From NCBI GenBank assembly GCA_036009285.1, contig DASYMB010000235.1:1-29575 (forward strand): 29,575 nucleotides of DNA, in the 5' to 3' direction. Both the position numbers and the translations under genes were made by a program. The DNA is from Pyrinomonadaceae bacterium (GTDB lineage: Bacteria; Acidobacteriota; Blastocatellia; Pyrinomonadales; Pyrinomonadaceae). The notes under the pieces were generated by a model. That model was not told where the DNA came from, made no database searches, and saw only the letters and a program-made list of their open reading frames with translations. Below are positions 1-9,495 of the stretch, one piece after another; within the stretch, counting starts at the first letter, position 1, and each line of letters opens with the position of its first letter.

Positions 1-73
1 CAGAACCGCCTGCGGTAGCGGGCGGGCTTGTCCGACGCTGAAGGGCCCGCCCGCTACCGCAGGCGGTTCTGAC
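1..73. repeat. REP-like inverted doublet, family A (GTCAGAACCGCCTGCGGTAGCGGGCGGGC)
   Basis: Perfect 27-bp inverted arms at 1-27 and 45-71. Near-identical elements occur at 9573-9643 and 20589-20658. Confidence 0.9.
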
Positions 74-110
74 AAGACCGCCCGCTCCGATTCTTGCCCC
101 CACTCTTCGT

Positions 111-1643
111 TTACGGATTGCTCGGATAGACCATCGTCAAAGGATCGGGCAACGGGAGGCGTCGAATCTGTCCATCCTTCGCAATCTTCAAGAGCGAGTA
201 TTGCGGCTTGTCGGGATTGCCTTTAGTAATCTCCTCAATGTTGCCGACCACGAGCACTACCAGCTTGTCCGGCTGCAGATATTTCTGCGCGACGCGTTGC
301 ACGTCGTCGGCCGTGATCGCAGCTATGCGTTCGCGGTAAGTCAGCCAATAGTCAGCCGGACGTTTCGTATATTCGTCTTGCGCGAATGTGCCGGCTACCC
401 GCGTTGCGCTTGAGAAAATTTGCGGAAAAGTTTCGATCGCCTGGTTCTTCGCGGTCTCGAGCTCTTCGGTCGTTACCTTAGTGGTGCGCACGCGGTTGAT
501 CTCTTCCATGACGATGTCGATGGCCTGCGAGGTCGTAGGGTTTTTCGACTGGAACGACGCCCGGAAGCTGCCGGGATAGTAAATGCCCAGCCCGAAGCTT
601 GAACCCGCGCTATAAGCGAGGCCCTCATCCGAGCGCACGCGCGACATGATGCGCGAGGTGAAGCCACCACCGCCGAGGATATCATTCATGATCTCGAGCG
701 CGTAAGCGTCCGGCGAATCCCGCAGCCCGCCGATATGGCCTATGCTGACGCGACCCTGATTCACATCCGCCTTGTGCACCGCATAGACGCCGGCCACGAG
801 CGTATTCGTCGGTTTGGGAACCGCGGGCACGGCCTGCTTGTTGCTGGGCCAGCCTTTGGTCGCCGCTTCGAGTTTGGCCAGCATCTCCTTCGTATTGAAG
901 TCGCCGGAGACGGCGAAGCTGAAACCCGCCGGTTGGTAATATCTCTGGTGGAAGGCGACCAGGTCTTCGCGCGAAATGCTGTCGATCGAGGCTTTGGTCG
1001 TCTCCTTCGTGGTGAAGTGATCGGTCCCGTTCATCAGTCTGGTCCATTCGCGAGTCTCAATGGCGTCGGTGCGATCGTTACGGCGCTCCATGTTTTGAAG
1101 CAGTTGGCTCTTGGCGAGCTTGATACGATCCTCCTGGAATCGCGGGTTCCGAAGCATGTCGAAATAGAGCGCCAAACCCTGATCGACATCCTTCGCCAGC
1201 AGATTGAGATTCGCGGTGCCTTGTGTTCCGCCAATCGAGTTGGTGATGTTCGCCGCCAGAAAATCAGCAGCTTCGTCAAACTCTTCAGCGGTCTTTGAAG
1301 TTGTGCCGCCCACGCGCATCTGCGTACCGGTAAGCGCAGCGAGTCCTTCCTTGCCCGCCGGATCGAGATACGAGCCGGTATGGACGAAAGTGGAAACGTT
1401 AACGAGGGGCAGGTCGTGATCTTCGACGAGGTAAGCAACCACGCCGTTTGACAGTACATGCCGATACTGCTCACGCTTCGGCGGCGTGTAAGTCAGCGTC
1501 GTGTATTTCAACTCGCGCGGGTGCGCGGGAATTTGCTGCGTCTGCGCCGGCACGACGTTGGGCGACAGCGTCAACGTGGCCAGCAGGAGAAGTGCCGCAA
1601 GCGGCTTTAGATTTTTGCGAAGATTCCTCATGCGGTTGCTCAT
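111..1643 (-). CDS. M16 (pitrilysin/MPP-like) peptidase family protein, non-catalytic subunit, with signal peptide
   Basis: M16 domain patterns (GS..DP.GKEGLA..T; N.ILGGGGFTSR...VR...GLAYS). The HxxEH site reads ALTGT. The N-terminus is a basic-then-hydrophobic signal peptide. GGAGG RBS at 1656-1660. An alternative start is at 1631. Confidence 0.88.
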   Translation of the reverse strand: MSNRMRNLRKNLKPLAALLLLATLTLSPNVVPAQTQQIPAHPRELKYTTLTYTPPKREQYRHVLSNGVVAYLVEDHDLPLVNVSTFVHTGSYLDPAGKEGLAALTGTQMRVGGTTSKTAEEFDEAADFLAANITNSIGGTQGTANLNLLAKDVDQGLALYFDMLRNPRFQEDRIKLAKSQLLQNMERRNDRTDAIETREWTRLMNGTDHFTTKETTKASIDSISREDLVAFHQRYYQPAGFSFAVSGDFNTKEMLAKLEAATKGWPSNKQAVPAVPKPTNTLVAGVYAVHKADVNQGRVSIGHIGGLRDSPDAYALEIMNDILGGGGFTSRIMSRVRSDEGLAYSAGSSFGLGIYYPGSFRASFQSKNPTTSQAIDIVMEEINRVRTTKVTTEELETAKNQAIETFPQIFSSATRVAGTFAQDEYTKRPADYWLTYRERIAAITADDVQRVAQKYLQPDKLVVLVVGNIEEITKGNPDKPQYSLLKIAKDGQIRRLPLPDPLTMVYPSNP

Positions 1644-1645
1644 AA

Positions 1646-3385
1646 CTACTTAGTACCTCCTTCGAGTTGCTTGAGGCGATCTTCCATCATCTTCCTGACC
1701 ACCTTGATGAAATTCTGTTTCTCGGCCGGAGCGGAGCCCGCTTGTTGTTCCAACGCGGAAAGCATCATTTTGATCTGTTCCGCTTTCGCCTGCGAGAGCC
1801 TGGCTTTCATCTGGCCGATCTGGGCTTTCTCCTGATCGGACAATCCTGCGAGGGCGGGATCTTCCTGCGAGCCCTCCGCTTTCTTTTTCGTGTTGTAGAT
1901 CGCGATAGTACGATTCTCTGGTTTGAAGTAGGTATTAGCGACTCGACGAATATCTTCAGGCGTCACGGCCTGATGGCGCGCCGGATCGGTGTTGATAGTT
2001 TCCCAACCGCGGTTATTGTCGCGCAGCAGCAGTTGGACCATCAGCCCGAAGTTTGACTGGATACTGCGAAACACGCCGGCCGCATACTGGTTCTTCACCT
2101 TCTGCAACTCTTTTTCGTCAACCAACTCCTGCTGCAGTCTTTCGATCTCTTTGTAGAGCGCCTGCTCCACTTCCTCAGGCGTCTTGCCCGGCTTGGCGAC
2201 CCCGCTCAACTGGAAGAAGCCCTCATACTTGCGCGCGTCTCCAAAGGCGTTGGCGCTGTTGGCGACTGCCTGCTGCAGCACGAGCGCCTTGTAAAGCCGG
2301 CCCGTGCGACCGCTGAGCACGCTGCCCAAAATGTCGAGAACGAAATCGTCCGGGTGGCCTTCCGCGACGGTGTGATAGCGGATGCGCACCTCCGGGACGG
2401 TATCGGCATAGGCGACCATGCGCTTCTCGGCGAGTTGAGGCATCTCGCTGGTGCGCACCGGCTCGGGCGCGCGCGGTCCACGCGGGAGACGGCCGAAGTA
2501 TTGCTGCGCGAGTTCTTTCGCGCGCGCCGGATCGACGTCGCCGACGAGGCAGGCGGTCAGATTGTTTGGCGCATAGTTAACGGCAAAATAGTCGAGCGCC
2601 TCTGCGCGCGTGATGCCTTCGAGATCGCTGGGCCAACCGACGACGGGCCAACCGTATGGTGACGACTGCCAGAACATCGCTTCGTATTCCTCATCAAACT
2701 TGCCGGTCGGCGTGCTGTCGGTGCGCAGACGCCTTTCTTCATGGACCACGTCCCGCTCGGAATAAAACTCACGGAAGACGGGATTCCGGAGACGATCTGA
2801 TTCCATCCAGAACCAGAGTTCGAGTTTGTTAGCCGGGACGTTTATGAAATAGACAGTGAAATCGTTGCTGGTGCCGGCGTTCATGCCGGAGCCGCCTGCG
2901 GTCGTATAGATCCGGTCAAACTCATCCTTGACCATTAAATCCTTTTCGCGTTTGGTCAGATCGTCAAACTTCGCGAGCAATTCTTTGTAACGCTCCGAGC
3001 GATACTGCGGGTCCTTGCTGTCGGAGATTTCGCCGTGCCGTGCTTTCAGGATGAGTGTCTGTTGTTCCTTACGAAGCTCGGCCCGCACGTCGTCCATTTC
3101 CTTTATGAGTTGTAGATTTCCAGCGATGTCTTTGGTGCCGATGGCGTGCGTACCCTTGAACATCATGTGCTCGAAGAGATGCGAGAGGCCGGTGATACCC
3201 GGGCGTTCGTTGACTGAACCGACGTGGGCCACCCAGCCGGCGGCAATGTTTGGATCGCCCTTGCGCGGTACCAGCAGCAGGCGCATCCCGTTGTCGAGGG
3301 TGATTTCCTGCACCGGCACTTTCTGCGCCGCGGCAAACTGCACGCACAGCAGTAAAGCCAGAAGACTGAGAGAGATTTTTTTCAT
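1646..3385 (-). CDS. M16 zinc peptidase, catalytic subunit, with signal peptide
   Basis: Intact inverted zinc motif GLSHLFEHMMFKG, plus NAGTS.DFT and ERDVVHEERR. Signal peptide MKKISLSLLALLLCVQFAAA. Confidence 0.92.
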   Translation of the reverse strand: MKKISLSLLALLLCVQFAAAQKVPVQEITLDNGMRLLLVPRKGDPNIAAGWVAHVGSVNERPGITGLSHLFEHMMFKGTHAIGTKDIAGNLQLIKEMDDVRAELRKEQQTLILKARHGEISDSKDPQYRSERYKELLAKFDDLTKREKDLMVKDEFDRIYTTAGGSGMNAGTSNDFTVYFINVPANKLELWFWMESDRLRNPVFREFYSERDVVHEERRLRTDSTPTGKFDEEYEAMFWQSSPYGWPVVGWPSDLEGITRAEALDYFAVNYAPNNLTACLVGDVDPARAKELAQQYFGRLPRGPRAPEPVRTSEMPQLAEKRMVAYADTVPEVRIRYHTVAEGHPDDFVLDILGSVLSGRTGRLYKALVLQQAVANSANAFGDARKYEGFFQLSGVAKPGKTPEEVEQALYKEIERLQQELVDEKELQKVKNQYAAGVFRSIQSNFGLMVQLLLRDNNRGWETINTDPARHQAVTPEDIRRVANTYFKPENRTIAIYNTKKKAEGSQEDPALAGLSDQEKAQIGQMKARLSQAKAEQIKMMLSALEQQAGSAPAEKQNFIKVVRKMMEDRLKQLEGGTK

Positions 3386-3866
3386 TCTGCTAATCCTCGT
3401 TTATTTGATTGGCGTTCGGATTCAATCGGCGCTCTTGAGCAGTTGTGGCTTCAGTAAAGCGGACGAAAAGAAGGCCGGGTGTAGCTGCGAGTATTTTTAC
3501 GCGCCTGACTTTGATTTGGTTTCAGTTTGCGCAGAACCGAATAATTGGACTTGTCCCGACTGAGACCGTTGGAGACGCCGCGCGCTTTTTGGGGATACCA
3601 GGGATCATGATAGCAGTGGGAAAAGGACTTTTCCAGGAGCGGAGTACGCGTCGAAACTGACAAGTCTTACTTAGCCGACAATCTCTCAGCCAACCGCTTG
3701 CACCTCTTTACCATCCAAAATCCCGAAGTCAAAAGCCTTCTCATCTTGCGGGACAGCTAGCTTGCATCCACCGGGTCAGGCTCCTGTAAAACAAGGGGCG
3801 AGGTGCTATTCTGTCAAACACCGGTGGGCGTATACTCAAGGAAGTTATCCAAAAAGCAGAGACAAA

Positions 3867-5939
3867 ATGAAGATATTCAGGCCTGGCTTTCCCCAAATGT
3901 TTCCCAAACAACTCTTATCACTAGGCGCGCTTCTGGTTGTCGCCATCTCCGCAAGCGCGCAGCAGCCGGCGCCGCAACAGGCCGCCACGCACTTCGACAT
4001 AACCAACTATCGCATCGAAGCCCAGTTGATTCCGGACCAGCACCTGTTGCGCGCCGGCGCCGACGTGACCGTCATTCCACAGGAAGCAACGCGTTCACTC
4101 GTGTTCGAGCTCAACGGTTCACTGCGCGTGGAGAGTATCGATCGCGACGGCAAACCGCTGACCGGTTTTGTTCAGGATGCGGTTGGCGTGGGTTCGCTTG
4201 GACCAAGCGTCCGCGTGGATCTCGGCCAGGTGGTGCCAGCGCAGCAGCCGCTCACGCTGCGCTTCCGCTGGAGTGGAGCGTTGCTTTCGCCCGAAGGTGG
4301 ACCGCTGGCGACCAAGCGCCTCGCTTACGTTGGTCCTGAAGGTTCTTATTTGATGTACGCCTCGCGCTGGTTTCCTTTTCACGACTACGCTGCCGATCGC
4401 GCCACTTCCGACATCACGCTGATCGTTCCTACGGGCTTGCAAGTTGCCGGCACCAGCGACGACGCAGTTGCGCCCCTCCCGTCGCCGAAGGAAGGCGCCA
4501 CGCGCTATCACTTCGTCCATCGCCAACCGGTCCTCGTCGGAAACTTTGCCGCGGGCCAGTACATCAACCGAAACCTGCGCTTTGGAAATTACGAGATACA
4601 GTTTTACGCGAAGCCCGGGAGCGAGGGCCGCATCAACGGCTACGCCGAGATGATGGGCCAGGTGTTGGAGTTCTACTCAAAACAGTATGGCGCTCCAGTG
4701 TTCGGCAATCGCCTGGTGGTGGCCCAGGTTGACGATGACAGTCTCGACACTTATTCAGGCCAGGGAATTATCTTCCTCGCGTCGAGGCTGTTTGACTCTT
4801 CACGTCCGATGCCCGAAGAAAAACTGGCGCGCGAAGTTGCTTATCAATGGTGGGGACAGACAGTCGGGCTGAAGTCGTTTGACGATGCGTGGATTTCGCA
4901 GGGGCTCGCTGAGTGGAGCGGGTTCGCCTTTCGCGAATCCAACTTGACCGGCGGCGCGCTCGAAGCGGCCGAGCGAGAGCAACAGGAGCGCGCGCTGACA
5001 TTCGAGCAGACGGCCTCGATCGCCCGCGCCCCAAGCGCGCTCGATGATCAGTCGGCGGCGTATCAATCGATCGTATTTCACAAAGGCGCCATGGTGTTTC
5101 GCATGCTTCGTGAAAGCATGGGCAAAGAGAAGTTTGATCGGCTGCTCAAAAACTTCCTTGAGGAATATCGCGGCAAGAACGCCTCCATCGATGATTTTGA
5201 AAAGTTGGCATCGAGGGTGGCGGTGGAAAACATGCGCTATTTCTTCGCGCAGTGGGTGGAGGGAACCGGCGTGCCGGAGTTTAGCGTCGACTACCAGATC
5301 ATTCGCACGCGCTCGGGAAAGTTTCGCACTCGTGGCACCGTCAAGCAGACACTCGACGTGCTGCGGATGCCGGTGCAATTGATGTTGCGTGCCGAAGGCG
5401 ACAATCAAACGACGACGACGAGGATAGAAGGAAAGAGTGAGGACTTTGATTTCGAATCAAACGGCCAGCCGCTGGAAGTGGTTGTCGATCCTAACTTCAA
5501 AATCCTGCGCATATCCGACGACCTGCGTATCTCGATAATTGCGCGGCGCGGCATCGAGCAGATGAAGGAAGGTTCTTTCGCCGAAGCCCAGCAGCAGTTT
5601 GAAGCCGCGTTGAAGTTAGACCGTTCAAACTCCTGGGTCTATTACAACCTTGGGCTGCTTTATCTCGAACAGCGCAACTGGCAGCCGGCGCTCGACAATT
5701 TTGACGCGTCGCTTAATGGGACCTTGAAGCCTTCGTGGATCGAAGTGTGGGCACACATCAAGAAGGGCAACGCCTACGATGCCAAGGGCGAACGCAACCG
5801 CGCCGTATCGGAATACAACAAGGCGGTGCAGTCGGGCATTAATTACGACAACGCCCAGACAGTCGCAAAGAAATTTCTCGCCAGCCCCTACGATCCCAAG
5901 GCCGCGCAGTCCGCCGGGCTCATGTCGCCGGGGAATTAG
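3867..5939 (+). CDS. M1 aminopeptidase-fold protein with C-terminal TPR repeats; predicted catalytically inactive
   Basis: M1 layout: N-terminal beta domain, WFP, the zinc-site region, Y/F.KGAMVF.ML and DDF. The zinc motif reads REVAY-x18-Q. The C-terminus has TPR-like repeats (A...FEAALKLDRSNSWVYYNLGLLY). A signal peptide is present. The start is probably 3867 or 3897 rather than 3762. Confidence 0.85.
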   Translation: MKIFRPGFPQMFPKQLLSLGALLVVAISASAQQPAPQQAATHFDITNYRIEAQLIPDQHLLRAGADVTVIPQEATRSLVFELNGSLRVESIDRDGKPLTGFVQDAVGVGSLGPSVRVDLGQVVPAQQPLTLRFRWSGALLSPEGGPLATKRLAYVGPEGSYLMYASRWFPFHDYAADRATSDITLIVPTGLQVAGTSDDAVAPLPSPKEGATRYHFVHRQPVLVGNFAAGQYINRNLRFGNYEIQFYAKPGSEGRINGYAEMMGQVLEFYSKQYGAPVFGNRLVVAQVDDDSLDTYSGQGIIFLASRLFDSSRPMPEEKLAREVAYQWWGQTVGLKSFDDAWISQGLAEWSGFAFRESNLTGGALEAAEREQQERALTFEQTASIARAPSALDDQSAAYQSIVFHKGAMVFRMLRESMGKEKFDRLLKNFLEEYRGKNASIDDFEKLASRVAVENMRYFFAQWVEGTGVPEFSVDYQIIRTRSGKFRTRGTVKQTLDVLRMPVQLMLRAEGDNQTTTTRIEGKSEDFDFESNGQPLEVVVDPNFKILRISDDLRISIIARRGIEQMKEGSFAEAQQQFEAALKLDRSNSWVYYNLGLLYLEQRNWQPALDNFDASLNGTLKPSWIEVWAHIKKGNAYDAKGERNRAVSEYNKAVQSGINYDNAQTVAKKFLASPYDPKAAQSAGLMSPGN

Positions 5940-5967
5940 CCTGAGCTGGACAACTTGAAACGGGCGG

Positions 5968-6004
5968 GCGGTGCATCTCCTGATGTGCCGCTTTCGTATT
6001 ATTT
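5968..6004 (+). terminator. Putative intrinsic terminator
   Basis: GCGGTGCATC-TCCT-GATGTGCCGC stem (with G:U pairs) followed by TTTCGTATTATTT, about 30 nt after the stop codon. Confidence 0.5.
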
Positions 6005-6110
6005 GGCCGCGGATTTACGCGGATCACTCGAATCTGAAAGAACCTTGCTGAGCGTGTACACTTGTTTTCTGATCCGATCCGCGTTTTTCCGCGCAAATCC
6101 GCGGCCAAAA
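6001..6110. repeat. REP-like inverted doublet, family B (ATCCGCGTAAATCCGCGGCCAAA type)
   Basis: Arm TTTGGCCGCGGATTTACGCGGATC at 6002-6025 and an inverted arm ending AAATCCGCGGCCAAAA at 6110. Related copies occur at 9548-9566, 9653-9675 and 20669-20693. Confidence 0.75.
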
Positions 6111-6118
6111 TATCTTTC

Positions 6119-6148
6119 GTAACCTTTTCGTCTCTCCGCAGTTTATAT
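6119..6148 (+). promoter_or_regulatory. Candidate ECF-type (autoregulatory) promoter
   Basis: GTAACC...GTTT with AAC-N17-GT spacing, the usual ECF -35/-10 architecture, about 30 nt upstream of the ECF sigma gene. Confidence 0.4.
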
Positions 6149-6178
6149 AACTAGCAGACGTTCGAGTGAGGACTAGTC

Positions 6179-6730
6179 TTGAAGGTTCCGGAGAACCAGC
6201 ACCAGGAACGAGCATTGATTGAAGCGGCGCAGAAAGATCCGGGCCGTTTTGCCGAGCTGTATGAACTCAACTTCGAGCGCGTTTACGCCTACATAGCGCG
6301 GCGAGTGCGCGAACGTTCGGCGACGGAAGAGCTGACGTCCCACGTTTTTCATCAAGCACTCGCGAACCTCGGCAAGTTCAAGTGGCGCGGCGCGCCTTTC
6401 GCTTCGTGGCTTTTTCGCATAGCCCGGAACTCGATAGCCGATCACGCTCAGCGCTTACAACGAGAATCGCTGCCGGAGTCTTCCCATCGCGCCGATCCTG
6501 TCGCGACTCCTGAGCCCGACCTCGAGCAGATCGAAAGGGTCGCGCGAGTTTACCAGCTCATGGACCACCTGCCCTGGGACCAGCGTTACGTGATTCGTTT
6601 GCGTTTCGCCGAAGAGAAAAGCATTCGCGAGATTGCTCAGCAGTTGAGCCGGAGCGAAGGCGCAATAAAACAGTTGCAGTTTCGCGCGTTGCAAAACCTG
6701 CGCGCGCGTATGAGTGAAGAAAATGTCTGA
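6179..6730 (+). CDS. ECF-family (sigma-70 group 4) RNA polymerase sigma factor
   Basis: Region 2 (F.ELYE..FERVYAY; FASWLFRIARN...DH) and region 4 (LPWDQRYVIRLRF.EEKSIREIAQQLSRSEGAIKQLQFRAL). TTG start with a GAGG RBS. Confidence 0.93.
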   Translation: MKVPENQHQERALIEAAQKDPGRFAELYELNFERVYAYIARRVRERSATEELTSHVFHQALANLGKFKWRGAPFASWLFRIARNSIADHAQRLQRESLPESSHRADPVATPEPDLEQIERVARVYQLMDHLPWDQRYVIRLRFAEEKSIREIAQQLSRSEGAIKQLQFRALQNLRARMSEENV

Positions 6731-7751
6731 GCAGTTTCTACCAGAACAGTTATACGCTCAGCTCGACGAAGCCGTCGACGCCGTCATCGCGGGCGGCGAG
6801 ACGATTACGTCAGCTACCGGCGAGCCAGCCCTAACGGAACTCGCGTCGTTGGGACTTGAGCTGCGCGGGATGCCGCGCGCGAGTTTCAAATCAAAACTTA
6901 AGGGAACACTGAGAAGGAGCGCATCAATGTTAACAAGTGGGACATCCACCGGAACACCAACTGGGCCCGAAACCGGGCAATCTTCAAAACATGTGGGCTA
7001 CCACACCATCACACCATATCTGACGGTTGAGCGTGCCGAACAGTTGGTCGACTTTGTAAAAACTGCGTTCGGCGGCGTTGAGGTTTTCAGGACTACCGGC
7101 TCGGCTGGTGGCCTGCACGCCGAAGTCACCATCGGGGAATCGAAATTGATGATCGGCGGCTACGAAGGCGTTGAAGAAAAGCCGACCGCGCTTCACCTCT
7201 ACGTGGCCGACGCGGGTGCGGTCTATCAACGCGCGTTGGCAGCCGGGGGCACTTCGCTGGAGGAGCCGGTCGATCAGTTTTATGGCGATCGCGAAGCCGG
7301 TATCAAGGATCCGACGGGTAACGTTTGGTGGATTGCGACCCACAAGCTCGGCGTCGCGGAAACTTACATTCCCGAGGGCCTGCGTCCGGTAACACCTTTC
7401 CTGCACCCGGTCGGCGCGGCGGCATTAATCGATTTTATGAAAGAAGCCTTTGGCGCTGACGAGATTTCGCGCGAGCAGTCTCCAGAAGGAATGATCCACC
7501 ATGCGATGGTGCGCATCGGCGATTCGATGATCGAGATGGGTGAGGCCCACGGCGACCTCGCGCAGCCGATGCCGCCGGCGCTGTATATGTACGTCGACAA
7601 CCTCGAGGAGACTTACGAGCGCGCGCTCAAGGCCGGGGCAACTTCGCTGCAGCCGCCTAAAGATCAAGCCTATGGCGATCGCACCGCCTGGGTGAAAGAT
7701 GCCTGGGAAAACATTTGGTACCTGGCAGCGCCGGTGGAAAAGGGGGAATAG
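6723..7751 (+). CDS. Tandem VOC/glyoxalase (PhnB-like) protein with an N-terminal helical, putative anti-sigma domain
   Basis: Two VOC repeats (HTITPYL...F.K.AFG...HAEVTIG.S.LMIG...DQFYGDREAGIKDP.GNVWWIA, then a second copy). About 90 extra N-terminal residues. The ATG at 6723 overlaps the sigma stop (ATGTCTGA). Confidence 0.85.
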   Translation: MSEQFLPEQLYAQLDEAVDAVIAGGETITSATGEPALTELASLGLELRGMPRASFKSKLKGTLRRSASMLTSGTSTGTPTGPETGQSSKHVGYHTITPYLTVERAEQLVDFVKTAFGGVEVFRTTGSAGGLHAEVTIGESKLMIGGYEGVEEKPTALHLYVADAGAVYQRALAAGGTSLEEPVDQFYGDREAGIKDPTGNVWWIATHKLGVAETYIPEGLRPVTPFLHPVGAAALIDFMKEAFGADEISREQSPEGMIHHAMVRIGDSMIEMGEAHGDLAQPMPPALYMYVDNLEETYERALKAGATSLQPPKDQAYGDRTAWVKDAWENIWYLAAPVEKGE

Positions 7752-7895
7752 GGAAAGAGGGAAACGGGAAAGGAAAGGGTAAAGGGGAAGGGGCAAACCG
7801 ACTTCGCTAATCAATCTCTGTTATCGATGCTTGGTGTTCAGCCTATCGCTCTCCTCCCCTTGACCCCTTCCCCTTTTCCCGTTTCTTTGTTTTTC
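7742..7895. repeat. Polypurine G-run tract paired with a downstream polypyrimidine tract between convergent genes
   Basis: Seven runs of three or more G at 7742-7793 and a roughly complementary C/T tract at about 7849-7895. Confidence 0.7.
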
Positions 7896-9495
7896 ACTGC
7901 CCCGGATGGTAGGTCAGCCAGAAGTAAATTGCCTGGCCTACCCCTATGATGAAACCAATGACGGCGCCGAAGAGCTCGATGGTCTTCAAGTGATGCTTAG
8001 CTACCGACAGCACCAGCGCTTCTAGCTTTTCAATCGGATAGTCTGAAACTTTCTTACGCACCAGCCCGCCTACATCAAACTCCGCAATCGCCGTCGGCAA
8101 GCGCTCGCGCGCGGCGAGGGTAATGCGTTCCACCAGCGCCGTGCTGGCACGCTGCATCGAATGCCGTGAGACGTGATCTCCGAGACGGCCAATCGGCGCC
8201 ACCAATAGTCGTTCGATATGCGAACTCAGAATCTGATTAATCGTCCGCGCAGTATCGTCTCGTGACAAAAGTCCGACCAGGCTCCTGGTCAGAAACTCTT
8301 TGGCGCGTTCAATGAAGTCAGGATCGATGTGCTGTAGCGCCGAGCCGAGCGTTTGCGGACGAAATCGTTCCAGCGCTTCGCGAATGTAAGTGGAGATTGA
8401 AGCCGACAACTCCTCGCTCTTAGCCATCTCCAAAATACGATTGGTTATCTGTTGCTTTATGGAATCAAACTTCTCCGACTCGATCTGGCCGACGAGCGTT
8501 GCTATCGGTCGGGACAGCACGTTATCGATGGTTGCGTTGAGAAACGCTTCCGCCTCCTGCTCAAAGGCGGGACCGCGCAAGTATTCTTCGATCCGGCGAG
8601 GCAGCGTTTTATTAACCAGCTCGTCAACTTCGCGGTGAATGCGCTCGCGCGAGATGAAGATCTTTTTGATCAGGGAAAGCTGTTCGTAATACTCATCCAC
8701 CTCGAGCTTGATGAGTGCGCCGATTTGTTTGCGCGTGTTCTGGCTGGTCGCGATGTCGGCCAGATGTTGCACGATGGGCGGCACCTGGCTGTCGATGCGC
8801 TCCTTAAGAAACGCGATAGTCTCCGGCGTAAACGTTTCCGCGAGAGTAGCGTTGCTGCGAGCCAGATCGTCCAAACGCCCGGAAACAAAATCCGCGATCT
8901 TCTGTTCGAGGCCTTCTTCACTGACCAGACGCTGAAAGCGATCGCGGATGAATTGGAGAATCGTGTTGAATTGATCCTCGCTGAGCGTGTCGCCGACGCG
9001 GCGCGCGAGCAACTCATCAATCTGGCGATCAACGAAAGACGCGATCGCCTCCGTAGTTTCTTCGCTCTTCAGCATCGCCGCGATGTATTCCGCCAACCGA
9101 TATTGCAGCGCGGAGATGGTATCGAGAATCGGCGCGCGCGCCTGCGAGGGCAGGGCGTCAATGAAAGAGGGATAGACCGTTGCCAGCAGATCATTGGTGT
9201 AATTACCGACGAAATCTTCAACCTTGCGGTGGAAAAAACTCGTTTCAAAGAGGGCATCAAACACCGTCTCCTGCGAGACCAGTTCGTTGCCAACTGCGTT
9301 ACCAATCGACTCCGCCAGCTTCTCGCGATGCCTGGGGATCATGCCCTGAGGCCATACGGTTATTCCAAAAACCCGCACTGGTTTGTAGGGATGAAACAGC
9401 ATCCATATCGCCAACCACGCCGCGCCGAAACCGTGAATCGTGGCGATGACGACGATTGCAATCGAGATCAGGAGTTTGAAGGTAAACGGATCCAA
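7894..9495 (-). CDS. DUF445 (YheB/UPF0754-like) membrane protein
   Basis: N-terminal TM with WMLFHPYKP and QGMIPRHREKLAESIGNAV..ELVS, a long helical middle, and C-terminal LEALVL.V...HLK.IELFGAVIGF.IG. Confidence 0.85.
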   Translation of the reverse strand: MDPFTFKLLISIAIVVIATIHGFGAAWLAIWMLFHPYKPVRVFGITVWPQGMIPRHREKLAESIGNAVGNELVSQETVFDALFETSFFHRKVEDFVGNYTNDLLATVYPSFIDALPSQARAPILDTISALQYRLAEYIAAMLKSEETTEAIASFVDRQIDELLARRVGDTLSEDQFNTILQFIRDRFQRLVSEEGLEQKIADFVSGRLDDLARSNATLAETFTPETIAFLKERIDSQVPPIVQHLADIATSQNTRKQIGALIKLEVDEYYEQLSLIKKIFISRERIHREVDELVNKTLPRRIEEYLRGPAFEQEAEAFLNATIDNVLSRPIATLVGQIESEKFDSIKQQITNRILEMAKSEELSASISTYIREALERFRPQTLGSALQHIDPDFIERAKEFLTRSLVGLLSRDDTARTINQILSSHIERLLVAPIGRLGDHVSRHSMQRASTALVERITLAARERLPTAIAEFDVGGLVRKKVSDYPIEKLEALVLSVAKHHLKTIELFGAVIGFIIGVGQAIYFWLTYHPGQ

